Source of the DNA: Promethearchaeota archaeon
GTDB lineage: Archaea; Asgardarchaeota; Lokiarchaeia; Sigyniarchaeales; SOKP01
Reading direction: 5' to 3'
NCBI GenBank assembly: GCA_016840085.1
Contig: JAEOTA010000037.1
Coordinates: 1 to 32,406, forward strand
DNA: 32,406 nt
Notes under the pieces: model-generated
What the model was told of the DNA's origin: nothing
The model's database searches: none
What the model saw: only the letters and a program-made list of their open reading frames with translations
Shown: in pieces, positions 1 to 9,358 of the stretch
How the letters are laid out: every line of letters starts with the position of its first letter
Numbering within the stretch: the first letter of the stretch is position 1
Translations under genes and position numbers: made by a program

Positions 1-238
1 CCCTCAAATGCTCCATAAAACTTCATATAAATTACTGATTTGACTTAAGAAAATAAGAAAATAATGTCGGATTAAAATTTAAAGGTGATTGAAGATTTAA
101 AAAAAGAAGGTAAATTAAAAATTATCTTATTTCATTAGATTAACAAAAAGGTAAAATTTTTAAATAATGGGGGGATGGTAAAACCGACAATAAAGTCAAT
201 ATTATTTAAACAATAAAATAAAAGAGGGATAAATAAAA

Positions 239-1561
239 ATGGAATTATCATCAAAAGCAAAGTTTGCCATCGCAATTTTAGTTACAGCAATAGTAGTAGG
301 TGGAGTGGTAGGTGGGATAACATATGCTGTTTTGGTTACACCAGAAGAAAAACTTGATGCTCTTGAAATTTATCATTGGTGGACCTCAGGAGGAGAAAAG
401 GCCGCTGTTGATGCACTTGTTGATGTTTTTATAGCAGAATATCCTGATGTAGCCGTTATACAAAGTCCGGTGTCAGGTGGAGCGGGATTTACAATGTTAG
501 GAGTTATTAAATCACTAGTACTTGCGGGAGAAGCTCCAGATGCTTTCCAAATGCACGCTGGTTATGAAGGATATCCTTATTACGATGCTAATTTACTAGA
601 AAAAATAGATCATTTATGGACTGATGAATTAAAAGCTGTTATTCCAGATGTAGTAGAGAGTATGAATATGTTTGGTGGGCACTACTATTCTATGCCAGTT
701 AACATTCATAGGAATAATATAGTATGGTATAGTACGAAATTACTTGATGACAACAATATTAAAGTTGATGATTTAACTACTTGGACTAAATTCTTTGATG
801 CATGTGATACATTAAAAACTGCTGGGGTTAAATATCCTATAAGTATGGGTACAACATGGACTGCTGCACATGCTTTTGAACAAATTGCTGCAAGTATGGG
901 GATTGATTTTTATGAAGACTGGATAAATGGAAAAATTACTTCAGCAACAGATGAGGATTTACTAGATGCACTTGGCATTTTTGAAACGTATTTAGGATAC
1001 GTTAATCCAGATCATGCCGATTTAACTTGGGATGCAGCAACATCAATGATTATTAATAATGAAAGCGCATTTAATATCATGGGAGATTGGGCCAATGGAG
1101 AATTCGGTCCTGCTGTTGCTAATTATACATTTGGTGTCGAATATGATACATTTGCAGTTCCAGGAACAGCTGATATGTACAGTCTTACAATAGATTGTTT
1201 CCAGCACCCAAAAAATGTAGCACACCCTAAAAACTCAGATAGATGGTTAGAAGTTGTAGCTTCTAAAGCAGGTCAAGATGCTTTCAATCCTATTAAAGGA
1301 TCGATATCGGCGCGTACTGATGCAGACCTTACTAAATATGGAGCTTATCAAAAATCCGCTGTCGACGATTTTAAAAAAGTTACATATATGTATCCCAGTA
1401 TAGTTCATGGAAGTGGTGCACCTGAAGCGTTTAAAGTAAAATTATCTGATATAATATCAGCGTTTGTAGAAGATAAAGATGCAGAAGAAGCAGCAAAAGA
1501 TATAACTGATTATACAAAGGAAATAATTGATGAATATACAGTAATATGGGACTTAGCTTAA
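239..1561 (+). CDS. Sugar (glucose/mannose-type) ABC transporter substrate-binding protein with N-terminal membrane anchor
   Basis: N-terminal hydrophobic helix; EIYHWWTSGGE, PVNIHRNN, MGDWANGEF and AFNPIKGSI motifs typical of glucose-binding SBPs; first gene of an ABC operon. Confidence 0.92.
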   Translation: MELSSKAKFAIAILVTAIVVGGVVGGITYAVLVTPEEKLDALEIYHWWTSGGEKAAVDALVDVFIAEYPDVAVIQSPVSGGAGFTMLGVIKSLVLAGEAPDAFQMHAGYEGYPYYDANLLEKIDHLWTDELKAVIPDVVESMNMFGGHYYSMPVNIHRNNIVWYSTKLLDDNNIKVDDLTTWTKFFDACDTLKTAGVKYPISMGTTWTAAHAFEQIAASMGIDFYEDWINGKITSATDEDLLDALGIFETYLGYVNPDHADLTWDAATSMIINNESAFNIMGDWANGEFGPAVANYTFGVEYDTFAVPGTADMYSLTIDCFQHPKNVAHPKNSDRWLEVVASKAGQDAFNPIKGSISARTDADLTKYGAYQKSAVDDFKKVTYMYPSIVHGSGAPEAFKVKLSDIISAFVEDKDAEEAAKDITDYTKEIIDEYTVIWDLA

Positions 1562-1595
1562 ATATAAAATGAAATATTAATAAATTAATTTTACT

Positions 1596-1639
1596 GGGGG
1601 AAGATTGTAAGTATAATCCTTTCCCCTTTTTTTATTTTT
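1596..1639 (+). terminator. Intercistronic stem-loop plus U-tract after the SBP gene
   Basis: GGGGGAAGATTGTA..TATAATCCTTTCCCC imperfect hairpin followed by TTTTTTTATTTTT. Confidence 0.55.
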
Positions 1640-1703
1640 GTTATAAAAAAAGGTTAGATAATTTTAAATAATATTTAAATTAAGTATTATTTCAGGTGAT
1701 TGA

Positions 1704-2621
1704 ATGGAAGATATAAAATTTAGACGGAAAAAAAGCATTTTAAAGATCTTTTCAAAAGAGAATTTAATTATTCAGCTCCTTTTCTTATTTTGCATTATAC
1801 TTGTGGTATATTTTGTATATTTCGCTATTGGATGGAATGTAATTGTCTCGTTATCTGACTGGGAGGGCCTTACTCAAAGTTATAACATAATTGGTTTTGA
1901 ACAGTATGTAAAACTCTTCTCTGACAGTGTATTTTTAACATCTTTAACGAACAATCTTATATTAATGGCAGTTTTTGTACCTTTGAGTTTATTAATAGGT
2001 TTATTCTTAGCTATACTGCTAGATCAAAAAGTAAGGAAGGAAGGTGTTTTTAGAACGATTTATCTATTACCTTTTGCTCTATCATTTATAGTCACTGGAT
2101 TTTTATGGAGATGGATGTATAATTCAGAAAGAGGGGTCATAAATTCTTTATTAGAAATAATTGGACTCGGATTCTTAAAATCAGGATGGACATCAGATTC
2201 TAATCTCGCACTATTTTCTGTGATTATTGCCCTTACTTGGCAATTTTCTGGATATACCATGATAATATTTTTAGCAGGAATACGTTCAATTCCGGAATCT
2301 CATGTTATGGCTGCGCAGGTTGATGGAGCATCTGGATTTAAATTGTACACTCGTGTTATTATTCCCCAAATAAAAACTTCCACATTCACTGGTTTTGTGG
2401 TTCTCATGGTATTTGCGCTAAAAGCATTTGATTTCATATATATATTAACTGGTGGAGGTCCTGGCTATGCTACTGAGATCTTACCACTCACCATGTACAA
2501 AGAAACTTTTGCTGTAAATCATTTTGCGTACGGCTCTGCTATTGCAACTGTGTTATTTTTATTAATTATGGTAATAATAATCCCATATATCTATATAACA
2601 TATAGGAGGGGAGCAAAATGA
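1704..2621 (+). CDS. Carbohydrate ABC transporter permease (MalF/UgpA-like)
   Basis: Multiple TM helices; EAA-like loop SIPESHVMAAQVDGAS; FDFIYILTGGGPG; AGGTGA SD at 1694-1699. Confidence 0.93.
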   Translation: MEDIKFRRKKSILKIFSKENLIIQLLFLFCIILVVYFVYFAIGWNVIVSLSDWEGLTQSYNIIGFEQYVKLFSDSVFLTSLTNNLILMAVFVPLSLLIGLFLAILLDQKVRKEGVFRTIYLLPFALSFIVTGFLWRWMYNSERGVINSLLEIIGLGFLKSGWTSDSNLALFSVIIALTWQFSGYTMIIFLAGIRSIPESHVMAAQVDGASGFKLYTRVIIPQIKTSTFTGFVVLMVFALKAFDFIYILTGGGPGYATEILPLTMYKETFAVNHFAYGSAIATVLFLLIMVIIIPYIYITYRRGAK

Positions 2622-3442
2622 GAGTATTAAAAGTTAAACGAGTGGTTCTTTATGCCTTGTTGATTTTTATTGCTATAATAATGATGCTTCCTTTATGGGC
2701 TGGCATTATGACTGCTTTTAAAACAGTGGATGATTTAGTTTACACAACTCCGATAGAACCACCTCTATCTCCGACTTTAGAACCTTTAGCAGATACTTTT
2801 ACAATCATGCAAAAACCCTTAGTAAATAGTCTTATTTTTACATCTGTCGCTACAGTGTTATCTTGTTTGTTAGGTTCTATCTGTGGTTTTGTATTAACTA
2901 AAATAAAATTCAAGGGTTCCAACACAGTTTTCATTCTTCTTATCATAGGGATTTTTATCCCATATCAAACCGTTTTAATACCACTTGTTTTAACGATGGT
3001 TTCTTTGGGATTATATAATACTTTATGGGGTTTAATCCTAACACATACAGCATACGGCATCCCTATGTGCACACTTCTTTTCAGGAGTTTCTATGATGGT
3101 GTACCTGATAGCATAATAAGAGCAGCTAAAACTGATGGTGCTGGAACTTGGACTATATATAAAAAGATAATATTGCCGTTATCTGCATTGCCTTTTATTG
3201 TTGCAGCAGTATTTCAATTTACAAGTATTTGGAATGATTTTCTCTTCGGTTTAATAATAGCAAGAGGTACTGAATCTATGCCAGCCTCGGTTGCTCTGGC
3301 AAATTTGAAAGGAGGATTTGTAGCTCTGTGGAATCTTCAAATGGCAGGAACATTATGGTACACATTACCAGTTTTAATCGTATATTTAATACTAGGTAAA
3401 TATCTTATTAAGGGATTTATGACAGGAGCAGTAAAAGGGTAG
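2618..3442 (+). CDS. Carbohydrate ABC transporter permease (MalG/UgpE-like)
   Basis: TM helices; VPDSIIRAAKTDGAG loop; WNDFL motif; ATGA overlap with the upstream gene. Confidence 0.93.
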   Translation: MRVLKVKRVVLYALLIFIAIIMMLPLWAGIMTAFKTVDDLVYTTPIEPPLSPTLEPLADTFTIMQKPLVNSLIFTSVATVLSCLLGSICGFVLTKIKFKGSNTVFILLIIGIFIPYQTVLIPLVLTMVSLGLYNTLWGLILTHTAYGIPMCTLLFRSFYDGVPDSIIRAAKTDGAGTWTIYKKIILPLSALPFIVAAVFQFTSIWNDFLFGLIIARGTESMPASVALANLKGGFVALWNLQMAGTLWYTLPVLIVYLILGKYLIKGFMTGAVKG

Positions 3443-3454
3443 AGGTGATGTGAA

Positions 3455-4588
3455 ATCGCGAGTGTAGAAATAAAAAATTTGACGAAAATATATGATAATA
3501 CCATAGGAATCAAGGATATCAATTTAAAAATTAATGATGGCGAATTATTCATATTACTAGGTCCTTCTGGATGTGGAAAAACTACTACTCTATTATGTAT
3601 TGCAGGATTAATTAAACCAGATGAGGGTGAAATATGGTTTGGGAATGAAATGGTTACAAGCATAGAAGATCATATATTTGAAAGACCACAGGATAGAAAT
3701 GTAGCTATGGTGTTTCAAGATTATGCTATTTATCCTCACATGACTGTATTTAAGAATATAGCCTTTCCTTTAGAGATTAGGCGGAAACCCAAACATGAAA
3801 TTGAGGAAAGAGTTAAAAAAGTGGCTGAAAATCTTGAAATATCTCAATTTTTAGATAGAAAACCAAAACAACTTAGTGGAGGTCAAAGGCAGAGAGTCGC
3901 ATTAGCACGAGCTATCGTTAGAGAACCCAACGCTTTTCTGATGGATGAACCTCTCTCAAACCTTGATGCTAAATTGAGAGTTTATGCTAGAGCCGAATTG
4001 AAGAGATTACATCAAAGATTAGGAACTACTATCGTTTATGTAACACATGATCAATTAGAAGCAATGTCAATTGGTGATAGGATTGCTATTTTAAATAATG
4101 GTATTTTAGAGCAGTTGGATATCCCAGAAAATATTTACAATTTTCCTAGAAATATTTTTGTTGCTGGATTTATAGGGAGTCCTCCAATGAATATGTTAGA
4201 TGGTACACTTATAGAGAAGAACGGAAAGAAGTACATTGATCTAGGAATTAAAATGTATGAATTACCGAATAGATTTAATAATTTAAAAAAATCAAAAACA
4301 ACTAATGCTGTATTAGGTATTAGACCTGAAAATATTTCAATTTCAAAAGAAAGTATTGATAATTCAATAAAAGCAAAAGTTGATATTATCGAAGCTATGG
4401 GTAGGGAATTATATATACATCTTAAATTGAATGAGAAAACAATTATTGTAATAACTAAATCGGTAGAAGATTTAGAGCTCGGTAAAGAAGTGAATTTGAT
4501 ATTTGATGATAAAAGAATTCATGTATTTGATAAACAGACAGAAGAAAACTTAATTACAAGACCTCGAGAAGAGGAAAGCAACGATTAA
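3455..4588 (+). CDS. Sugar ABC transporter ATP-binding protein (MalK-like); probable start is ATC at 3455 (the ORF track uses TTG 3479)
   Basis: Walker A GPSGCGKTT, LSGGQRQR signature, DEPLSNLD, TOBE-like C-terminus; the in-frame upstream codons read (I)ASVEIKNLTKIY, a canonical MalK N-terminus. Confidence 0.93.
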   Translation: MASVEIKNLTKIYDNTIGIKDINLKINDGELFILLGPSGCGKTTTLLCIAGLIKPDEGEIWFGNEMVTSIEDHIFERPQDRNVAMVFQDYAIYPHMTVFKNIAFPLEIRRKPKHEIEERVKKVAENLEISQFLDRKPKQLSGGQRQRVALARAIVREPNAFLMDEPLSNLDAKLRVYARAELKRLHQRLGTTIVYVTHDQLEAMSIGDRIAILNNGILEQLDIPENIYNFPRNIFVAGFIGSPPMNMLDGTLIEKNGKKYIDLGIKMYELPNRFNNLKKSKTTNAVLGIRPENISISKESIDNSIKAKVDIIEAMGRELYIHLKLNEKTIIVITKSVEDLELGKEVNLIFDDKRIHVFDKQTEENLITRPREEESND

Positions 4589-4658
4589 CCGAAAATTTTA
4601 ATTATAAATCTTTTTTCTCCTTTAAATTCTTTTTTTAAAAATAATATATAGTAAATTT

Positions 4659-5642
4659 TTATTCTCCAGGATATTTAAAATGCCATTGAGAGCGTAAAAT
4701 ATCCATAGTTTTCATAATTTCTAAAGTTTCATCTAATGGCATGATTTTACTTTCGAGTTTTCCAGCATTTAGACGATTCATTACTTCCTTTGCTTCGTAA
4801 TTATAACCTGTTGATTTAAAAGGTATTTTAATCGTTTTTTTTCGTTTTCCTTCTAATTCCAAAATCATTTTTGATGGATGATAAAATTTAGGAATTTCAA
4901 GATATCCTTTAGTTCCAAAGATGAAAGCATCATGCGGCATTATCAGTCTATTTGAAGAAGAAAGCATAGCAGTTTGTCCATTTTCATACTCAAATAAATA
5001 ACAAGATTTTTCATCCACTCTTGTTTCGCCAAAGTATGCGCTACTATTTATTTTCGAAGGAGATTGTTTATAAATCATTCTCGCAAATGAAATAGGATAA
5101 ATTCCTAGATCAAGTAATGCTCCCCCCCCTAAATCAGGATTAAATGAACGTCCTTTAGGTTCTAATTCCTGTTTAATTCCAAAGTCAGCCTTAAAATGTT
5201 GAATTTCTCCTAATATTCCCTCGTCTAAAAATTCATTTAATTTTACAATACAAGGTAAAAATCTTGTCCACATTGCTTCCATTAAAAATAAATTATTGTT
5301 ACGGGCAGTTTTAATTAATTCTTCAGCTTGTATGGCATTCAAAGTAAAAGGTTTTTCGCAGAGAACTGGTTTTTCGTGATTTAAACAGAGTAATGCATTT
5401 TCATAATGGAAATTATGAGTGGTCGCAATATATATAACATCCACAGTAGGATTCTTCACCAATTCTTCATAATTTTTATATATATTTTTCACACCAAACG
5501 TTTTACCAAAACTTTCAGCTTTTCCCTCTGTTCTAGACGCAACAGCCTCCAATATTGCATCAGGAAGTACCTTTAATCCTTCAGCAAACTTATGTGCTAT
5601 CCTTCCACAACCTAAAATTCCCCATTTTATTATTTTACTCAT
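4659..5642 (-). CDS. Gfo/Idh/MocA family NAD(P)-dependent oxidoreductase (dihydrodiol/D-xylose dehydrogenase-like)
   Basis: WGILGCGRIA Rossmann motif, CEKPF, MEAMWTRF, GGGALLDLGIY. Confidence 0.92.
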   Translation of the reverse strand: MSKIIKWGILGCGRIAHKFAEGLKVLPDAILEAVASRTEGKAESFGKTFGVKNIYKNYEELVKNPTVDVIYIATTHNFHYENALLCLNHEKPVLCEKPFTLNAIQAEELIKTARNNNLFLMEAMWTRFLPCIVKLNEFLDEGILGEIQHFKADFGIKQELEPKGRSFNPDLGGGALLDLGIYPISFARMIYKQSPSKINSSAYFGETRVDEKSCYLFEYENGQTAMLSSSNRLIMPHDAFIFGTKGYLEIPKFYHPSKMILELEGKRKKTIKIPFKSTGYNYEAKEVMNRLNAGKLESKIMPLDETLEIMKTMDILRSQWHFKYPGE

Positions 5643-5697
5643 ATTATTCAGTTATAATTGTGATTTTAAAATTTTTTTTATAATAATGTATAATTGA

Positions 5698-5847
5698 ATA
5701 TTTGAAAACTTCTTAGAAAAATATAAAGAAGTATTTAAGGATTTCAATGGTGAAATATCTCTATTTAGTTCATTCTCAGATATTAATGAAGGAATTCTTA
5801 ATTCAAAAATAATAGATATCAAAAATGTTCCATTTTTAGCACTCTAA
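5698..5847 (+). pseudogene. Possible remnant of the C-terminal part of an Asgard longin-like domain gene
   Basis: Startless frame IFENFLEKYKEVFKDFNGEISLFSSFSDINEGIL..., preceded by in-frame TGA at 5695. Confidence 0.3.
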
Positions 5848-5894
5848 CCTTAAAAAAGAATAAAAAAAAATAAAAGAGAATCGTGTAAATTAGC

Positions 5895-6149
5895 TTAAAT
5901 TCCACCTGCTTGGGTTGCCATAACAGTTATTACGTCTTTCTTTGGATGGATTCCTATTTTTGAAAACTTCAATTGATCAGGTAACACTTTTCCCTTGAAA
6001 ATAAACTGAATTGCTAATATTGGGTTTAATTTATATTCACGTTGGACTGTTTTCTTAATTTCTGATATTGAATTATTAGGATCAAGTTCAATCAATTTGA
6101 TAGCTTGATCAGGCGGAACCCCTGTAAGTCTAAATCTATATTGGGTCAT
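5895..6149 (-). CDS. Ubiquitin-like (beta-grasp) protein with C-terminal GG-I
   Basis: 84 aa; SISEIKKTV helix; QFIFKGKVL resembles ubiquitin LIFAGKQL; ends TQAGGI. Confidence 0.82.
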   Translation of the reverse strand: MTQYRFRLTGVPPDQAIKLIELDPNNSISEIKKTVQREYKLNPILAIQFIFKGKVLPDQLKFSKIGIHPKKDVITVMATQAGGI

Positions 6150-6299
6150 TTTAATTCAAACCTTTTTAATTAGTAATTTTATTATAATTTATTAAAAAGA
6201 TATTTGTTTATTTCTTACTTAAGGTCTTTGGTGTTTTTAAATAGACTTTAGTTTGATTGAACTCTTATTGATGACCAATATCGACAAATAATCTATTTT

Positions 6300-6506
6300 T
6301 TAATCTTTAGTGAAACGGAAAGGTTCTGGTGGGGGTCCGGGTGGTCCGGGGGGACTTGGAGGGCGTATAGGTCCGGGTTGAGGTGATGGCGGAGATGGGT
6401 GACGTCCTAACCTACTTTCCAAACGAGAAATACGGGCTTCTATTCTGTCTAATCTATCTTCGAGTGCTTTTATCCTTTTTAATAAATTGGGATCTTCTAT
6501 TGACAT
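6300..6506 (-). CDS. Small coiled-coil plus proline-rich protein
   Basis: 68 aa; heptads RIKALE-D-RLDRIE-A-RISRLE followed by PSPPSPQPGPIRPPSPPGPPGPPPEP. Confidence 0.75.
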   Translation of the reverse strand: MSIEDPNLLKRIKALEDRLDRIEARISRLESRLGRHPSPPSPQPGPIRPPSPPGPPGPPPEPFRFTKD

Positions 6507-6702
6507 TTTCTCTATAATTTTAATATATTTTTGAATACTATTTCAAGTTTTAAAATTAATTCTTATAGTTTTAAAATTTTAGATAATAATGAGTTATTAT
6601 CAAAATATACTAAATTCAATATTATTAGTATTAACCAATATTTTTAGTTTTAGTATAGAAAAAAAGTATAATTTTTTATATTAAGACTATTATAATATTA
6701 AT

Positions 6703-7809
6703 ATGGAAAGCTGGAATATATCGAAAAAATTAAAGAACGAGTTGCTTACAAAATCTAGTAATATTGAAGATAATAGTAGGAGGATATTATTTATTCTTAG
6801 AAATTTAGGTCCTCAGAGATTTACTAATATAATAAAATATTCTAAACTAAGTAGATCTACAGTTTCTAAATATCTTAATTTTCATCAAAAAAGTGGAAAT
6901 GTTGAACAACGCTTAATTACAGATAAACAAACAAATAAACAATATCGAGGCTATATCATAACGGATAAAGGAATAGAAAAACTCGAAGAAGAACCTTTAA
7001 AATTGAAAGATGAGCTATTTATTGTTAATGAATTAAAAGAAAATGTTCGTAAGCTCGAGGATTTAATAGATTTTTACAAAGAAATAAGTGTGGAAGACCC
7101 ATTTATAATCCATATTGTAAGGATTATTTCTAAAATTGGAGATAATTTTTTTGAGCTACAACAAGATAGAGATTTGTATTTATCACTTTTTTATATATTT
7201 TATAATTCTATATTAGGTCAGGGAGCTTTTGCCCGAAATTACTGGCACTTTGATGAATCTAGCTCTCAAAAATTTGTAGGGTATAAATTGAACTTAGAAC
7301 AATTTTGCGAGTTATATAATGTTTCAAAAGAAGCAATTAATTATTTAGCTAAATTTAAGCTGATAAATAATAAGTTTGGTTTTTATTTAATTAAACGCGA
7401 AAATAATGATTTTTTTTTTCATGAGGACGATTTGTTGGGGACTACAACACTCAGACTCATTAAAGATAAATTAATCGGTGAAATAATTAATCTTCAAGAA
7501 GGCATCTATGATATGATTTATGATGTGGATATTATGGCTGAAGAAATAACTAATCAATTAAAAGAAATGGGTTTAATTTGGGATGCTATTCATGAACAAT
7601 TTCAATTACTAGTATTAAATCTAATTATTAAAAATGCGATAGAAATGGGTTTTTTAGATATAGAGAGAGAGAAATTGATGGAAGGAGTTACACAATCTCA
7701 AAAATTACTTACATCAGAAGAAGGTAAAATGCTTCGAGAAGTTATATTAAATGGCTCTAAATTAGAAGTAAATATAAATATTCTTACTTCATCATCTATC
7801 AATGAATGA
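6703..7809 (+). CDS. Winged-helix (ArsR/MarR-like) domain protein, putative transcriptional regulator
   Basis: N-terminal ILFILRNLGPQRFTNIIKYSKLSRSTVSKYL...YIITDKG wHTH signature; large C-terminal domain of unknown function. Confidence 0.72.
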   Translation: MESWNISKKLKNELLTKSSNIEDNSRRILFILRNLGPQRFTNIIKYSKLSRSTVSKYLNFHQKSGNVEQRLITDKQTNKQYRGYIITDKGIEKLEEEPLKLKDELFIVNELKENVRKLEDLIDFYKEISVEDPFIIHIVRIISKIGDNFFELQQDRDLYLSLFYIFYNSILGQGAFARNYWHFDESSSQKFVGYKLNLEQFCELYNVSKEAINYLAKFKLINNKFGFYLIKRENNDFFFHEDDLLGTTTLRLIKDKLIGEIINLQEGIYDMIYDVDIMAEEITNQLKEMGLIWDAIHEQFQLLVLNLIIKNAIEMGFLDIEREKLMEGVTQSQKLLTSEEGKMLREVILNGSKLEVNINILTSSSINE

Positions 7810-7937
7810 AATAATGAGAATTTTTACTTGCAATTTATTCATGAAAACGAATAAAATCTTTCTTAAAGTATCTTGATGTTAAAAAACAAACAAGAATGAC
7901 AAAATTTTTGTAAAAAGTAAACATTAAACAGTTCCAA

Positions 7938-7960
7938 TGACATTTCTGTCAATATAAAAA
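7938..7960 (+). promoter_or_regulatory. Palindrome TGACA-N4-TGTCA abutting a TATA-like box upstream of the Fe-S gene
   Basis: TGACATTTCTGTCA at 7938-7951, TATAAAAA at 7953-7960. Confidence 0.3.
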
Positions 7961-8012
7961 TAAGATTATTAGGAGCATTAAGTTTTAATTAATTCTTGCT
8001 ATCATATATAAT

Positions 8013-9116
8013 ATGACTAAAGTTGATTATTACGAAATAGTAAGACAAAAACTGCAAATTGGACGAATAAATGCTCCTAAACACAAAAAAATATTCAAAT
8101 TAATGAAGATCTTCTGGAATGAAGAAGAGATAAAAATTCTGTCCCAATTTAATAATGTTGGTATAAAAACATCACTAAAAGAATTACATAAAAAAACAGG
8201 TTTATCAGAAGAAGAAATAGAAGAACTATTAAGAAGATCGGCAAGAAATGGTACTATTTTAAAATCTGGTTCAGATTATAGATTATTACCTCTTGTACCG
8301 GGTATATTTGAAATGTATTTCATAAGACGTAAGGATTCCCAAGAAAATCTTCACAGAGTTGCGGAGATTTACCGATACATTTTTAAGAACAGGGCACCAA
8401 ATTTAGAGAATATTGATAATATCAGAAGAGGATTCCGTCCTTTGCTTCCATATGACTCTGAGGAGAAGCTAATTAAAGTTGATAAATCTTTTGACGTTGA
8501 GACTCAAGTTCTTCCTTTTGAGGTTGTTAAAGATATGATAGATAAAAATGAATCATTTGCAGTTGTACCTTGTCAATGTCGGTTAATTGGCGAATATACG
8601 GGTGAACCCTGTAAACAAGCGCCTGCTGAAATGGGTTGTTTTTTGACTGGAGAAGCAGCGGAAAGGCAGATCGCTTATGGGGCAAAAAGACTAACAAAGG
8701 AAGAAGCTATTGACTTTATTAGAGAAACTGAAAAAGCAGGGCTTGTTCATAATACTATTGCGGATACCAGTAAGGACACCTCAGAGTGGATTTGCAATTG
8801 TTGCAGTTGCCATTGTGGAGTACTTCTTCCAGCAAAATTATATCATTATAAAGGCGTTTTTCAGACCAATTTTGCACCTGAATTTGATATGAAACTCTGT
8901 ACAAAATGTGAAATATGTATGGAAAAATGCCCAAATGAAGCAATTTATCATATCTGGCCAAATAAGCCGGATTCTTCAGACGAAAGAATGAAAGTCAGAG
9001 AAGAAATGTGTATAGGATGTGGAACTTGTGCTGTGAATTGTCCTAATAACGCAATCAAAATGGTAAAAGTAAGAGATGAATATCCTAAAGGAATAAGTTT
9101 AAATATTTTTGGTTAA
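8013..9116 (+). CDS. 4Fe-4S dicluster-binding protein with an additional Cys-rich cluster domain
   Basis: CTKCEICMEKCP and CIGCGTCAVNCP ferredoxin motifs; PCQCR...C...C and ICNCCSCHC. Confidence 0.88.
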   Translation: MTKVDYYEIVRQKLQIGRINAPKHKKIFKLMKIFWNEEEIKILSQFNNVGIKTSLKELHKKTGLSEEEIEELLRRSARNGTILKSGSDYRLLPLVPGIFEMYFIRRKDSQENLHRVAEIYRYIFKNRAPNLENIDNIRRGFRPLLPYDSEEKLIKVDKSFDVETQVLPFEVVKDMIDKNESFAVVPCQCRLIGEYTGEPCKQAPAEMGCFLTGEAAERQIAYGAKRLTKEEAIDFIRETEKAGLVHNTIADTSKDTSEWICNCCSCHCGVLLPAKLYHYKGVFQTNFAPEFDMKLCTKCEICMEKCPNEAIYHIWPNKPDSSDERMKVREEMCIGCGTCAVNCPNNAIKMVKVRDEYPKGISLNIFG

Positions 9117-9358
9117 GTTTGAACTTTTTCTAAGTTTAAATTCTTATTTTTAAAAACTTTCCCCAAGTAATTCTACAAAAACATCTATAAAATGAATCTA
9201 GGATGATAAGTAAAAAAAATTCGATGATTTAATCTAATTTCTGGAAGAATAAAAACCAATAATTATTTTAATAATTTAAAATCGTTGGGGTTTTAATATT
9301 AAAAACTAAAATCATATATAATTCCATTAACAAAAGACTTAATTTTTTTATCTGAAAT

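Noticed and set aside
1043-3663. Minus-strand ORFs inside the ABC operon
   Set aside because: Antisense shadows; the same applies to the short ORFs at 8710, 8755, 10213, 16414, 17441, 19360, 19937, 23176, 27216, 27347, 28086, 29294 and 31181, which are antisense or alternate-frame overlaps
6320-6400. GPP repeats as a true collagen domain
   Set aside because: Only two consecutive Gly-X-Y triplets, too short for a triple helix; treated as polyproline
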